Positions 10,672 through 18,877 of a stretch of DNA of 39,759 bases are shown in pieces. The translations under genes and the position numbers were made by a program. Where the stretch lies: the NCBI GenBank assembly GCA_038322745.1, contig JBBQGF010000003.1, positions 1-39,759 of the forward strand, written 5' to 3'. The stretch comes from Minisyncoccia bacterium. GTDB taxonomy: Bacteria; Patescibacteriota; Minisyncoccia; Phycocordibacterales; UBA9973. Positions within the stretch are counted from its first letter, which is position 1. Every line of letters begins with the position of its first letter. Below the pieces are notes generated by a model. It was not told the DNA's origin. It saw only the letters and a list, made by a program, of their open reading frames with translations, and searched no databases.

Positions 10672-10711
10672 TTTAATCCTAGACAAAACTCATATTTTAG
10701 AGTATTATACA

Positions 10712-10891
10712 AGTATCGAATTTTAAAAGTTTTTATTTACATGTTTGCCATTTAATGCAGTCACGACAACTATTTTATTTATGAACCTTACTAATCCCCT
10801 CCAATTCAGTTCTAAAACAATCATACTTGCTCGATATTAAACCCACAAAAAGTGGAGTTTCTACTGTGTTTTAAGGCGACATTAGTCGCTT
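10712..10891 (+). ncRNA. Structured RNA upstream of rny (6S RNA-like or cis-regulatory leader)
   Basis: Promoter TAGACA-17-TATTAT at ~10680-10708; closing stem TTGCC..GCAGT / ACTGT..GGCGA; internal TGAACC..GTTC and ACCCAC motifs; about 180 nt. Confidence 0.4.
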
Positions 10892-12421
10892 ATGAGTATA
10901 ATAACAATAATAATCATATCTGTGTTGGCCCTAGTTGTAGGTGCTGGTATTGGATATTATTTGCGTCTCATTGTTTCTCTTGGTCAGAAAGGTTCTATGG
11001 AACTTGAAATCAAGAAAGTAATGTTAGCTGCAAAAGAAGACGCCCAAAAGGTCGTTGAAGAAGCAAAGAAAAAAGGTGAAGCTCATCTTATTGAGGTCAA
11101 TAAAGAAACAAAAGTCAAAGAAGAAGAGTGGAAACATACTGAAAATCGTCTAATCAAAAAAGATGAACTTCTTGATGCTCGCCAAACTGAAATTGACCGT
11201 GAAGTAGAAAAGATAAAGCTTAAAATTGAAGAGGTAAAGAAAATAAAAGAAAGAGTTGATGGAATGGAATCTGAAAAAGAAAAAGAACTCGAAAAAGTTG
11301 CTCAACTTTCTACTAATGATGCAAAAGAAATATTATTTAAAGATATTGAAGAAAAATATGAAGAAGATTTACTTGTTCGTATGCAAAAAATGGAAACTTC
11401 AAATTCTGAAAAGTTAGACCGTCGTGCAAAAGATATTTTAGCTGCCAGTATTAACCGTCTAGCATCATCAACAGCATCAGAAATGATGACAACATCAGTA
11501 AATATACCTAATGATGAAATTAAAGGTAAAATAATCGGTAAAGAAGGTAGGAACATACGTGCATTTGAAAAAGCTTCTGGAGTAGAACTAATAATAGATG
11601 AAACACCAGGTGCTATTGTTATATCCTCATTTGATCCTGTCCGCAGACAAGTTGCTCGTTTAGCACTTGAAAATCTTATCTTGGATGGCAGAATTCAACC
11701 AGCTAAAATAGAAGAAGTTGTAGCAAAAGCTCAAGAAGATATAAATAAAATAATAAAAGATAAGGGAGACCAGGCTGTATATGAATGTGGAATATTCAAT
11801 CTTGACCCACGTATTACTGCTATTGTGGGACGTTTATATTTCCGTACTTCTTATGGTCAGAATGTTCTCCAGCACTCAATAGAAATGGCTCATATATCTG
11901 GTATGTTAGCTGAAGAGCTTGGTGCTGACGTTCAGGTAGCTAAAGCTGGTGCACTTGTACATGATATAGGTAAAGCACTCGACCATGAAGTTCAAGGTAC
12001 ACACATAGATATAGGTATCAGAATACTTCAGAAATTCAAAGCAGATCCTAGAATTATAACAGCAATGAAGAGTCACCATGATGATACACCACATGAATCA
12101 ATAGAATCAGTCATTGTTCAAACAGCTGACCATATCTCAGGAGGTCGCCCAGGAGCAAGAAGAGACAGTGTGGAGAATTATATTAAGAGACTTCAAGAGT
12201 TAGAAGCACTAGCAACAAGCTTTGAGGGAGTAGAAAAGTCTTATGCCCTATCAGCAGGACGTGAAATACGTATATTCGTTACTCCTGAGAAAGTTGGAGA
12301 TGTAGCAGCAAAAGAAATGGCTCGTGATATCGCAAAGAAGATTGAACAAGAGCTCACTTATCCAGGTGAAATCAGAGTTACAGTAATAAGAGAAAATAGA
12401 ATTATAGAATACGCAAGATAA
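10892..12421 (+). CDS. rny: Ribonuclease Y
   Basis: N-terminal TM, coiled coil, KH (KGKIIGKEGRNIR), HD domain (RTSYGQNVLQHS, HDIGK). Confidence 0.97.
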   Translation: MSIITIIIISVLALVVGAGIGYYLRLIVSLGQKGSMELEIKKVMLAAKEDAQKVVEEAKKKGEAHLIEVNKETKVKEEEWKHTENRLIKKDELLDARQTEIDREVEKIKLKIEEVKKIKERVDGMESEKEKELEKVAQLSTNDAKEILFKDIEEKYEEDLLVRMQKMETSNSEKLDRRAKDILAASINRLASSTASEMMTTSVNIPNDEIKGKIIGKEGRNIRAFEKASGVELIIDETPGAIVISSFDPVRRQVARLALENLILDGRIQPAKIEEVVAKAQEDINKIIKDKGDQAVYECGIFNLDPRITAIVGRLYFRTSYGQNVLQHSIEMAHISGMLAEELGADVQVAKAGALVHDIGKALDHEVQGTHIDIGIRILQKFKADPRIITAMKSHHDDTPHESIESVIVQTADHISGGRPGARRDSVENYIKRLQELEALATSFEGVEKSYALSAGREIRIFVTPEKVGDVAAKEMARDIAKKIEQELTYPGEIRVTVIRENRIIEYAR

Positions 12422-12438
12422 TTTTATAACAACTTAGA

Positions 12439-12486
12439 AAAAAATACTGGAATTTTTAGCGAAAGCATAAAATTCCAGTATTTTTT
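12439..12486 (+). terminator. Intrinsic terminator after rny
   Basis: AAAAAATACTGGAATTTT...AAAATTCCAGTATTTTTT. Confidence 0.75.
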
Positions 12487-12653
12487 ATAATACAAACAGT
12501 ATTTATGTCAATAGTTTAAAACACTTGCACTTAAAATCGCTTGGTATATAATGTTATTACTCCTATTTATTAGGGATCGTTTGCAAACGGTCGAATATTA
12601 TTCAACTAGCACTCTCATTTTTTTTGAAAGAAAACTTTGAGACACTAAATTAA

Positions 12654-12926
12654 ATGAATAAACAAGCATTAGTAGAATTAGTTCACGAGAAAATTGGTGG
12701 TACAAAAGTACAAGCCGAAGAAGTAGTGAACGCAATGTTTGATGCTATCGTTGCTACTTTGAAAAAAGGCGGTGAAGTATCAATTGCAGGAATCGGAATC
12801 TTTTCAACAAAGGCTCGCGCAGCTCGTATGGCTCGCAACCCAAAAACTGGAGAGCAAGTAAAAGTTGCTGCAACAACTGTTCCAAAGTTTAGAGCAGCAA
12901 AAGCTCTTAAAGACGCTGTTAAATAA
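12654..12926 (+). CDS. hup: DNA-binding protein HU
   Basis: MNKQALV..., GIGIF, RAARMARNPKTGE, VPKFRAAKALKDAV. Confidence 0.96.
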   Translation: MNKQALVELVHEKIGGTKVQAEEVVNAMFDAIVATLKKGGEVSIAGIGIFSTKARAARMARNPKTGEQVKVAATTVPKFRAAKALKDAVK

Positions 12927-12963
12927 TATTTAAATTGTTTTCACAATTTCAATAATATAAAGA

Positions 12964-12996
12964 AAAAACCACTCTATTCTATCTATGAGTGGTTTT
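12964..12996. terminator. Bidirectional terminator between hup and the ZIP gene
   Basis: AAAAACCACTC...GAGTGGTTTTT. Confidence 0.65.
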
Positions 12997-13030
12997 TCTA
13001 TTTCTAAAATATTTAATACAAATTATTTAA

Positions 13031-13780
13031 TCATTCCAACAAAAGCAAGGCGAGCATAGAAATAACTCCAATCATTATTATTCCCAATTGAATAGATGAG
13101 TGTTTAATTTCTTTTGTTTTATGTAACTCCGGAATTAAATCAGCGACTGCTATATATATAAATCCCCCTGCTGCAATTGGAACAAATATAATAATAGAAT
13201 TATCGAGAATATTTCCAAAAGCATAAACAAAAAATAAGCCTAGAACAGAAGCTAAGCCAGAATAAAAGTTAAACCAAAGAGCTTTTTTATTTGTATAACC
13301 AGAATGTATTAAAACTGCAAAATCCCCTATTTCTTGAGGAATTTCATGTAAAATAACTGCAACTGTTGTAGCTATCCCAATAGGAATACTTACCAAAAAA
13401 CTGGCTCCAATTATAATTCCGTCTATAAAATTATGAAAACCATCAGTAAATAAGACTAATTTACCTACTGGGTGTATATGATTACTTTCCTTATCCTCTC
13501 CATGATGGTGCCAATGAATAAATTTTTCTAATATGAAAAAAATAATAATACCAATGATTATTAATACACCAATAATATTAGTGTTTAATCCGCTTCTGAA
13601 AGCCTCTGGAATCATATGAATGAATGCATCTCCAAGAAGCGCTCCTATCGCTAAACTAATAAAAAAATTTATATATTTCTTTAATGAATCTTCTTTAAAT
13701 AATAATGAGAAGACTCCAACAAAAGATACTAAACTTACTATAATAACTGCCCCGAACCCATATAAATAATTTATTAACAT
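13031..13780 (-). CDS. ZIP-family zinc/metal transporter
   Basis: GALLGDAFIHMIPE, His-rich loop, DGFHNFIDG, HEIPQEIGDF. Confidence 0.93.
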   Translation of the reverse strand: MLINYLYGFGAVIIVSLVSFVGVFSLLFKEDSLKKYINFFISLAIGALLGDAFIHMIPEAFRSGLNTNIIGVLIIIGIIIFFILEKFIHWHHHGEDKESNHIHPVGKLVLFTDGFHNFIDGIIIGASFLVSIPIGIATTVAVILHEIPQEIGDFAVLIHSGYTNKKALWFNFYSGLASVLGLFFVYAFGNILDNSIIIFVPIAAGGFIYIAVADLIPELHKTKEIKHSSIQLGIIMIGVISMLALLLLE

Positions 13781-13782
13781 AA

Positions 13783-14226
13783 TTAATTACAAACTCTACA
13801 AACTCCGAATAGTTCAAGTGAATGTTCTTTTATTTTTCTAAATTTCGACGATTTATTAACAATTTTTTTTAATAAAGATTCTATTTCAAAACTTTCTTTG
13901 AAATCCTCAATCATTCCGCATTTAGTACATATAATATGGTGATGATGATCATTGTTTAATTCAAAATAAGCAGAATCTTTTCTTAAATCAATTTTTTTTA
14001 AAATTTCAGCTTTTTCAAAAGATGATAATGTTCTATAAACTGTTGCTTCGTTTATATCTTTTATTTTTTTTTCTTTCAATAATTTTGTATATATTTCATT
14101 AGCAGTGAGTGGCAATTTATTCTTATAGAATATCTCCAATATAGCCATTCTTGCTGGAGTATTTTTGTACCCCTTTTCTTTCAATACATTACTCATATCA
14201 AATAAATAATTTTTAATATTCTCCAT
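13783..14226 (-). CDS. Fur-family regulator, likely Zur
   Basis: TPAR, ATVYRTL, HHHHIICTKCG, C-terminal CxxC; directly upstream of the ZIP transporter. Confidence 0.9.
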   Translation of the reverse strand: MENIKNYLFDMSNVLKEKGYKNTPARMAILEIFYKNKLPLTANEIYTKLLKEKKIKDINEATVYRTLSSFEKAEILKKIDLRKDSAYFELNNDHHHHIICTKCGMIEDFKESFEIESLLKKIVNKSSKFRKIKEHSLELFGVCRVCN

Positions 14227-14245
14227 GAAGTAAGACTATCATAAA

Positions 14246-14260
14246 TGCAAGTGACTTGCA
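14246..14260. promoter_or_regulatory. Putative Fur/Zur operator, 7-1-7 palindrome
   Basis: TGCAAGT-G-ACTTGCA, 20 bp upstream of the regulator ATG and next to a minus-strand -10 (TATGAT). Confidence 0.6.
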
Positions 14261-14341
14261 AATAGATTTGAAATTAAATACGATTGTATTAAATAGAAAA
14301 TATGTTAAGATAGATAGATTGTAATTTAATTAATTCAATAT

Positions 14342-14412
14342 CGGGGTGTAGTATATCGGTAGTATCCGTGTTTTGGGAACACGAGGGCCGGGTTCGATTC
14401 CCGGCACCCCGA
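14342..14412 (+). tRNA. tRNA-Pro(TGG), CCA not encoded
   Basis: Acceptor CGGGGTG/CACCCCG, anticodon arm CGTGT-TTTGGGA-ACACG, T arm CCGGG-TTCGATT-CCCGG. Confidence 0.95.
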
Positions 14413-14416
14413 CTAC

Positions 14417-14456
14417 AAAGAAAAATACCACTAATTAATTAGTGGTATTTTTCTTT
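14417..14456. terminator. 40-bp perfect palindrome after tRNA-Pro
   Basis: AAAGAAAAATACCACTAATT|AATTAGTGGTATTTTTCTTT. Confidence 0.75.
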
Positions 14457-14459
14457 ATT

Positions 14460-14708
14460 GTCGGGGTGAACAAGTGAACTACTTCACTTGTATCCGGGAA
14501 TCGAAAGACTTTTCAATGTTTTGGTTACAAAACCTGAAAAGTACCTGACGATGTAATCGTCGATAAGCGTACTCGCGGTTCCGGCATGGGAATCGAAAGT
14601 CTTTTGCTTATGTTTTAAAATAAATATTTTAAAACATAAGCAAAAGGGATACTGTCCTCGTAGAGGAAGATATCCCGGGGCCATCTGTATGAATTGTATC
14701 CGGGAATC
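14460..14708 (-). repeat. Structured tRNA-associated element: inverted tRNA 3'-end copy plus two hairpin/T-loop units, with 15-bp direct repeats
   Basis: GTCGGGGTG and CCGGGAATCGAA complement the tRNA-Pro 3' end; TTGTATCCGGGAATC occurs at 14488 and 14694; GGGAATCGAAAG occurs twice; 22-bp perfect stem at 14601-14646. Confidence 0.7.
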
Positions 14709-14717
14709 TAAAACTTA

Positions 14718-15935
14718 TTAATTAACAACTCTAATACTAAAAGAAGAGTTACAACTAGAAGATGAACCATTTTTTATTATAGGGTTACTACTTATATTTA
14801 ATTGTGTTGATCCTTGCTTAATTGCTTTCATTATCGTACTTTTTCCACTTACAGAAGACAAAGACACAATAGTTTGATCATCAATACTCCAAGTTACTGG
14901 ATTAAAATTACCATCAAAAAAATCAGATGATGCCAATTGAATAGTCTGACCAATTTTCAAATCTTTTATAGATGAAAAATTTTTGGGTTGATCTAGTGTA
15001 TAACATAGACCTTCTGCTATTGCATTTTTTGATCTTGAGGAATATGAATTATCTTTTCCTCCAGTAATAATATCATTAAGAGGCCCAATACATTTACTAT
15101 TGTAAACAGTATTATCACTAAAACTCTTAGAATTATTATAATTACATGTCATACTTTTATTATTCCATTCTGGTATTTGGCTTGTTAAATATGTAAATTT
15201 TACTAAACAAAAATTATCTTTATAACCTAAAATTTCACGATAAGCCTTATAATATGTTTTAGATCCTTCTATAAAAGGATTTTCATTTGGATCAAGAATA
15301 TTTATATTTTCTATTGCTAAAGAACAACTTTTAAATTGCTCTTCAATACAATCAATAGATTTTTGGTCTGACTCACTTGATCCAGGAATGGTTGTTGTTC
15401 CGCAATCAATCGGTCCATTTTTTGCTGCTACTTTATTTGTCACAATTGGAACTGTATTCGATGGTGTAGGTGTAGATATTATAGGATTTAGTGTTGTATT
15501 TACAACTGTATTTTGATTTTGTATTGGTTGATTTACTGTTTCTATTTTTGGTTCAATCGGGGCTTGTGTTGTATTTTGAGTTTCTGTTATTTCATCTATC
15601 TTTGTTTCATTTCCTCCAATATAATTTTTAATTATTGGTAATGTAGCTAAATCATTTCTAAAATAATAACCAGAAGTTCCACCTGCTAGGATAAATAAAA
15701 TTACAACAATTGGTATTATTTTTTTCCCTGAATTAATTTGTTTTATTTCTTTAGGTAAAGTTGAGTATGATGGAGAAGGATTAGCTAAAGAAATATCAGT
15801 ATTCATACTATTAAAACACTCTTCTATATCCCCTAATGTCCAACCACTAGAAAGTAAATCACTAATTATCTTTTCTTTAGTTGCACCTTTTTGTAACGAT
15901 TCCCTAGTAAAGTCTATTAATTGTTGATTTATCAT
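14718..15935 (-). CDS. Hypothetical single-pass membrane protein with C-terminal Ig-like domain
   Basis: Short helical N-terminal domain (..LLSSGW..DIEE), TM helix, Pro/Thr linker, Cys-containing domain, VTWSIDDQTIVSL...AIKQGST (Big_2-like). Confidence 0.75.
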   Translation of the reverse strand: MINQQLIDFTRESLQKGATKEKIISDLLSSGWTLGDIEECFNSMNTDISLANPSPSYSTLPKEIKQINSGKKIIPIVVILFILAGGTSGYYFRNDLATLPIIKNYIGGNETKIDEITETQNTTQAPIEPKIETVNQPIQNQNTVVNTTLNPIISTPTPSNTVPIVTNKVAAKNGPIDCGTTTIPGSSESDQKSIDCIEEQFKSCSLAIENINILDPNENPFIEGSKTYYKAYREILGYKDNFCLVKFTYLTSQIPEWNNKSMTCNYNNSKSFSDNTVYNSKCIGPLNDIITGGKDNSYSSRSKNAIAEGLCYTLDQPKNFSSIKDLKIGQTIQLASSDFFDGNFNPVTWSIDDQTIVSLSSVSGKSTIMKAIKQGSTQLNISSNPIIKNGSSSSCNSSFSIRVVN

Positions 15936-16008
15936 ATTATTTTTATTATATCATATTATATGATTACCATTTGAAATATAATCTTAAATCTGCTAGTATA
16001 TATCTACT

Positions 16009-16079
16009 GCGGGATTAGTTTATCGGTAAAATAACAGTTTTCCAAACTGTGGTGAAGGGTTCGACTCCCTTATCCCGCA
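16009..16079 (+). tRNA. tRNA-Gly(TCC)
   Basis: Acceptor GCGGGAT/ATCCCGC, anticodon arm ACAGT-TTTCCAA-ACTGT, GGTTCGACTCC T arm. Confidence 0.95.
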
Positions 16080-16091
16080 CAAATTAAGCTA

Positions 16092-16517
16092 TCATAATAT
16101 AATATTTTCTAATACCTTTACCCTGGCTTTTCTACTTTCTATATCCATATACACAACTAGCAAATCAAACTGCCAAGGTGTATTCCCTATTCTTTTATGA
16201 ATAAGATAAGTTTGAACAGTTTTAGCAAGTCGTTTTAATTTCCAAGGATGCATATTTTCTTCGGGCCTTCCAGTACTATTATCAGTTAAATTCTTATCAC
16301 TTGTTTCATATGAAACAAAATTTAGTGAAGTAATGCTTTTTGATTTAACTTCAACAAAATATAATTTTTCGTTTTTTTTAGCTATTATATCTATTTCTCC
16401 CCATTTTTTAGTATAATTTCTTTCTAAAATAGAATAACCGTGCTTAATAAGGTAATTACAAGCTATATCTTCACCTAATTCACCTATTTTTTGAGAATTT
16501 GAAGTAAATATTTTCAT
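16092..16517 (-). CDS. yraN: YraN family (UPF0102) nuclease
   Basis: GELGEDIACNYL, ILERNY, GEIDIIA, FVEVK, QFD. Confidence 0.92.
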   Translation of the reverse strand: MKIFTSNSQKIGELGEDIACNYLIKHGYSILERNYTKKWGEIDIIAKKNEKLYFVEVKSKSITSLNFVSYETSDKNLTDNSTGRPEENMHPWKLKRLAKTVQTYLIHKRIGNTPWQFDLLVVYMDIESRKARVKVLENIIL

Positions 16518-16579
16518 AATACATACATGTTACATGTGTAACAATTCTAAAAGTGTTTCACGTGAAACACTTTTAGAAT

Positions 16580-16925
16580 ATAATAGACAATTAAACTCAC
16601 TATAATACCACATAATTAAAAATAGCTATAAATACAAGGCTTTATTTGCATTAACATACACTGTGTCTCTCATTTTCATATCAATATTAATTGTCTTTTA
16701 TGAACAATACACACAGAGTTATCCACATATATCTTAATTTTCAAAGGTTTTTGTTGTGGATAAAGGACCAATAAGAGTCATATATGTTGATATTTATAAA
16801 AGACAATTGGTTAATTATTTTCAAGTTGTAATTCGTGTCAAGATATTAGAATATATTATAAATAGAATAATTATTAATATTTATATAATTAATATATAAA
16901 TATTAATCTAATTGTTTTTATACTT
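16580..16925. other. Candidate chromosomal replication origin (oriC)
   Basis: Perfect DnaA boxes TTATCCACA (16719) and TGTGGATAA (16755), an extremely AT-rich tract at ~16845-16920, and adjacent parS sites. Confidence 0.6.
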
Positions 16926-16930
16926 TTTTG

Positions 16931-17001
16931 TGCGGGGTAGGAGAATCGGACTCCTGTCTCATCCTTGGCAAGGACGTGTTCTACCACTAAACCAACCCCG
17001 C
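16931..17001 (-). tRNA. tRNA-Gly(GCC)
   Basis: Reverse complement gives GCGGGGT...CGTCC-TTGCCAA-GGATG...AGGAG-TCCGATT-CTCCT-ACCCCGC-A. Confidence 0.93.
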
Positions 17002-17134
17002 ATATTTAATTACTCTTGCAATTATAGATGTTTTTAGTAAAAATTGCAATATATATTATATCCTTTATGTACATATATTATTTACTAAAATCTAAATATA
17101 ATATACAATGATAATGTCGCAAATACATTTATTT

Positions 17135-17206
17135 GCACTCATAGTGAAATGGATATCACGACAGTCTTCGGAACTGTTATTGGGGGTTCGAATCCCTCTG
17201 GGTGCA
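17135..17206 (+). tRNA. tRNA-Arg(TCG)
   Basis: Acceptor GCACTCA/TGGGTGC, anticodon arm ACAGT-CTTCGGA-ACTGT, GGTTCGAATCC T arm. Confidence 0.93.
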
Positions 17207-17353
17207 CAAACGACAATAGAAGGAGAGCAAGCAAAGTAATTATATGTCTTATTTATGAACTTGAAAGGATTTTCTTTATCAAAAATAGAAAATCATCCGC
17301 TTAAGTAATTGAGAAAGTTATATTTACTGCTATTAATGTTTCTCGCGAAACAA

Positions 17354-18844
17354 ATGATAAATAACTCAAAAATACCAGAATACGTTACACGTGTAACAGA
17401 AACACTCGAAAAAGCAGGTTTTGAGGCTTTTCTTGTTGGTGGAGGTGTTCGTGATCTTCTTATGAGTAAAGAGCCAAAAGATTGGGATATCACAACTAAT
17501 GCTAAACCGGAACAAATAATATCTTTGTTTGAAAAAACAGTTTATGAAAATAACTTTGGAACGGTAGCTGTTTGTATTCCTAAATCTTCCATATCAAGCA
17601 CTGAAGATGTTACACATGAAACAGAATATTTCATTTTAGAGGTTACTCCATATAGAACCGAGGCTAAATATAGTGATTACAGGCATCCAGATGAAGTAAA
17701 ATTTAGTGATAACATTCAAGATGATTTAAAAAGACGAGATTTTACAATTAATGCTTTGGCATATAATCAAAATAAAGGACAAATAATAGACCTTTATAAA
17801 GGACAAGAAGATATAAAGGACAAAGTTATCCGTGCTGTTGGTAACCCTAATGACAGATTCCAAGAAGATGCGTTACGTATGCTTCGTGCTATTCGTTTCT
17901 CTACGCAGCTCGATTTTGCTGTTTCATATGAAACACTACAATCAATATCTGACAATAATGCCTTAATTAAAAACATATCATTTGAAAGAATTCGTGATGA
18001 ATTCACAAAAATCATTATGTCAGACAATCCAGTTGCTGGAATAGGACTATTACAAAAACTTGGTTTGCTTAAATCTATAATTCCTGAACTAGAAGAGGGA
18101 ATTGGTTGTATTCAAGGTGGGGCTCATATATATGATGTTTGGGAACATTTACTTCATGCTCTTGACCACTCAGCTAAAAAAGGTTGGTCTTTGGAAATCC
18201 GTCTTTCAGCTCTATTTCACGATATAGGAAAACCCCGCTCTCGTAGAAAAGGAATTAAAAAAGAATATACTTTTTATGGCCATGAGGTCATTGGAGCTAG
18301 AATGACCAAGATAATCATGGAGAGATTGAAATATCCAAAGAAAACCCAAGAACTAGTCTTGAGTTTCACGAGAAACCATATGTTCTTCTCAGATACAGAG
18401 AAAATAACACTTTCGGCTGTCAGACGTATAGTCGCTAGTGTTGGTAAGGAAAATATCTGGGAACTTATGAAAGTCCGTGAGTGCGACAGGGTAGGCATGA
18501 AAAAGGTTGAAGCTCCTATTCGTTTGCGTAAATACCACGCTATGATAGAAGAGGTGTTACACGACCCAATATCTGTAGGCCAACTTGCAATAGATGGGGA
18601 ATATATGATTAACGCATTAGAAATGAAACCTGGACCAAGAATGGGATGGATACTACATGCACTCCTTGAAGAAATATTGGATGACCCAAGTAAAAACACT
18701 AGAGAACACTTAAAAGGATTAATACAATCTTTAGAGATGCTTGGTGACATAGAACTAAAAACGTTAGGGGAAAGAGGGAAAGAAAAAAAAGAGGAAAAGG
18801 AGGAAGAAGAAGTTGCTAAATTACATAAAAAACACGGAGTTTAA
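17354..18844 (+). CDS. cca: CCA-adding tRNA nucleotidyltransferase with HD domain (start more likely ATG 17354 than TTG 17309)
   Basis: VGGGVRD, DWDITT, RRDFTINA, EDALRMLRAIRF, HDIGK; the neighbouring tRNAs lack CCA. Confidence 0.9.
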   Translation: MINNSKIPEYVTRVTETLEKAGFEAFLVGGGVRDLLMSKEPKDWDITTNAKPEQIISLFEKTVYENNFGTVAVCIPKSSISSTEDVTHETEYFILEVTPYRTEAKYSDYRHPDEVKFSDNIQDDLKRRDFTINALAYNQNKGQIIDLYKGQEDIKDKVIRAVGNPNDRFQEDALRMLRAIRFSTQLDFAVSYETLQSISDNNALIKNISFERIRDEFTKIIMSDNPVAGIGLLQKLGLLKSIIPELEEGIGCIQGGAHIYDVWEHLLHALDHSAKKGWSLEIRLSALFHDIGKPRSRRKGIKKEYTFYGHEVIGARMTKIIMERLKYPKKTQELVLSFTRNHMFFSDTEKITLSAVRRIVASVGKENIWELMKVRECDRVGMKKVEAPIRLRKYHAMIEEVLHDPISVGQLAIDGEYMINALEMKPGPRMGWILHALLEEILDDPSKNTREHLKGLIQSLEMLGDIELKTLGERGKEKKEEKEEEEVAKLHKKHGV

Positions 18845-18877
18845 ATACCATAGAAGATACTGCTTCTATGGTATTTA
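18842..18877 (+). terminator. Intrinsic terminator after cca
   Basis: TAAATACCATAGAAG-6 nt-CTTCTATGGTATTTA. Confidence 0.75.

Larger units (their letters stand above)
16302..17935. promoter_or_regulatory. Cluster of seven parS-like sites
   Basis: Perfect TGTTTCACGTGAAACA at 16554-16569; variants at 16302, 16528, 17337, 17383, 17608 and 17920. Confidence 0.85.

Noticed and set aside
12607-12650. CIRCE (HrcA) operator upstream of hup
   Set aside because: Only a half-site (TAGCACTC), with no matching arm at 9-bp spacing.
14484-14684. 66-aa ORF in the track
   Set aside because: Coincides with the palindromic structured element and is most likely incidental.
14488-14708. CRISPR array or attR of a prophage
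   Set aside because: Only two 15-bp repeats ~200 bp apart, no cas or phage genes, and the tRNA copy is inverted rather than direct.
17207-17275. Eroded second copy of the tRNA-associated element after tRNA-Arg (GCAAGCAAAGTA...GAACTTGAAAGGATTTT)
   Set aside because: Only vague similarity to 14469-14513, and the hairpin and inverted tRNA copy are not intact.
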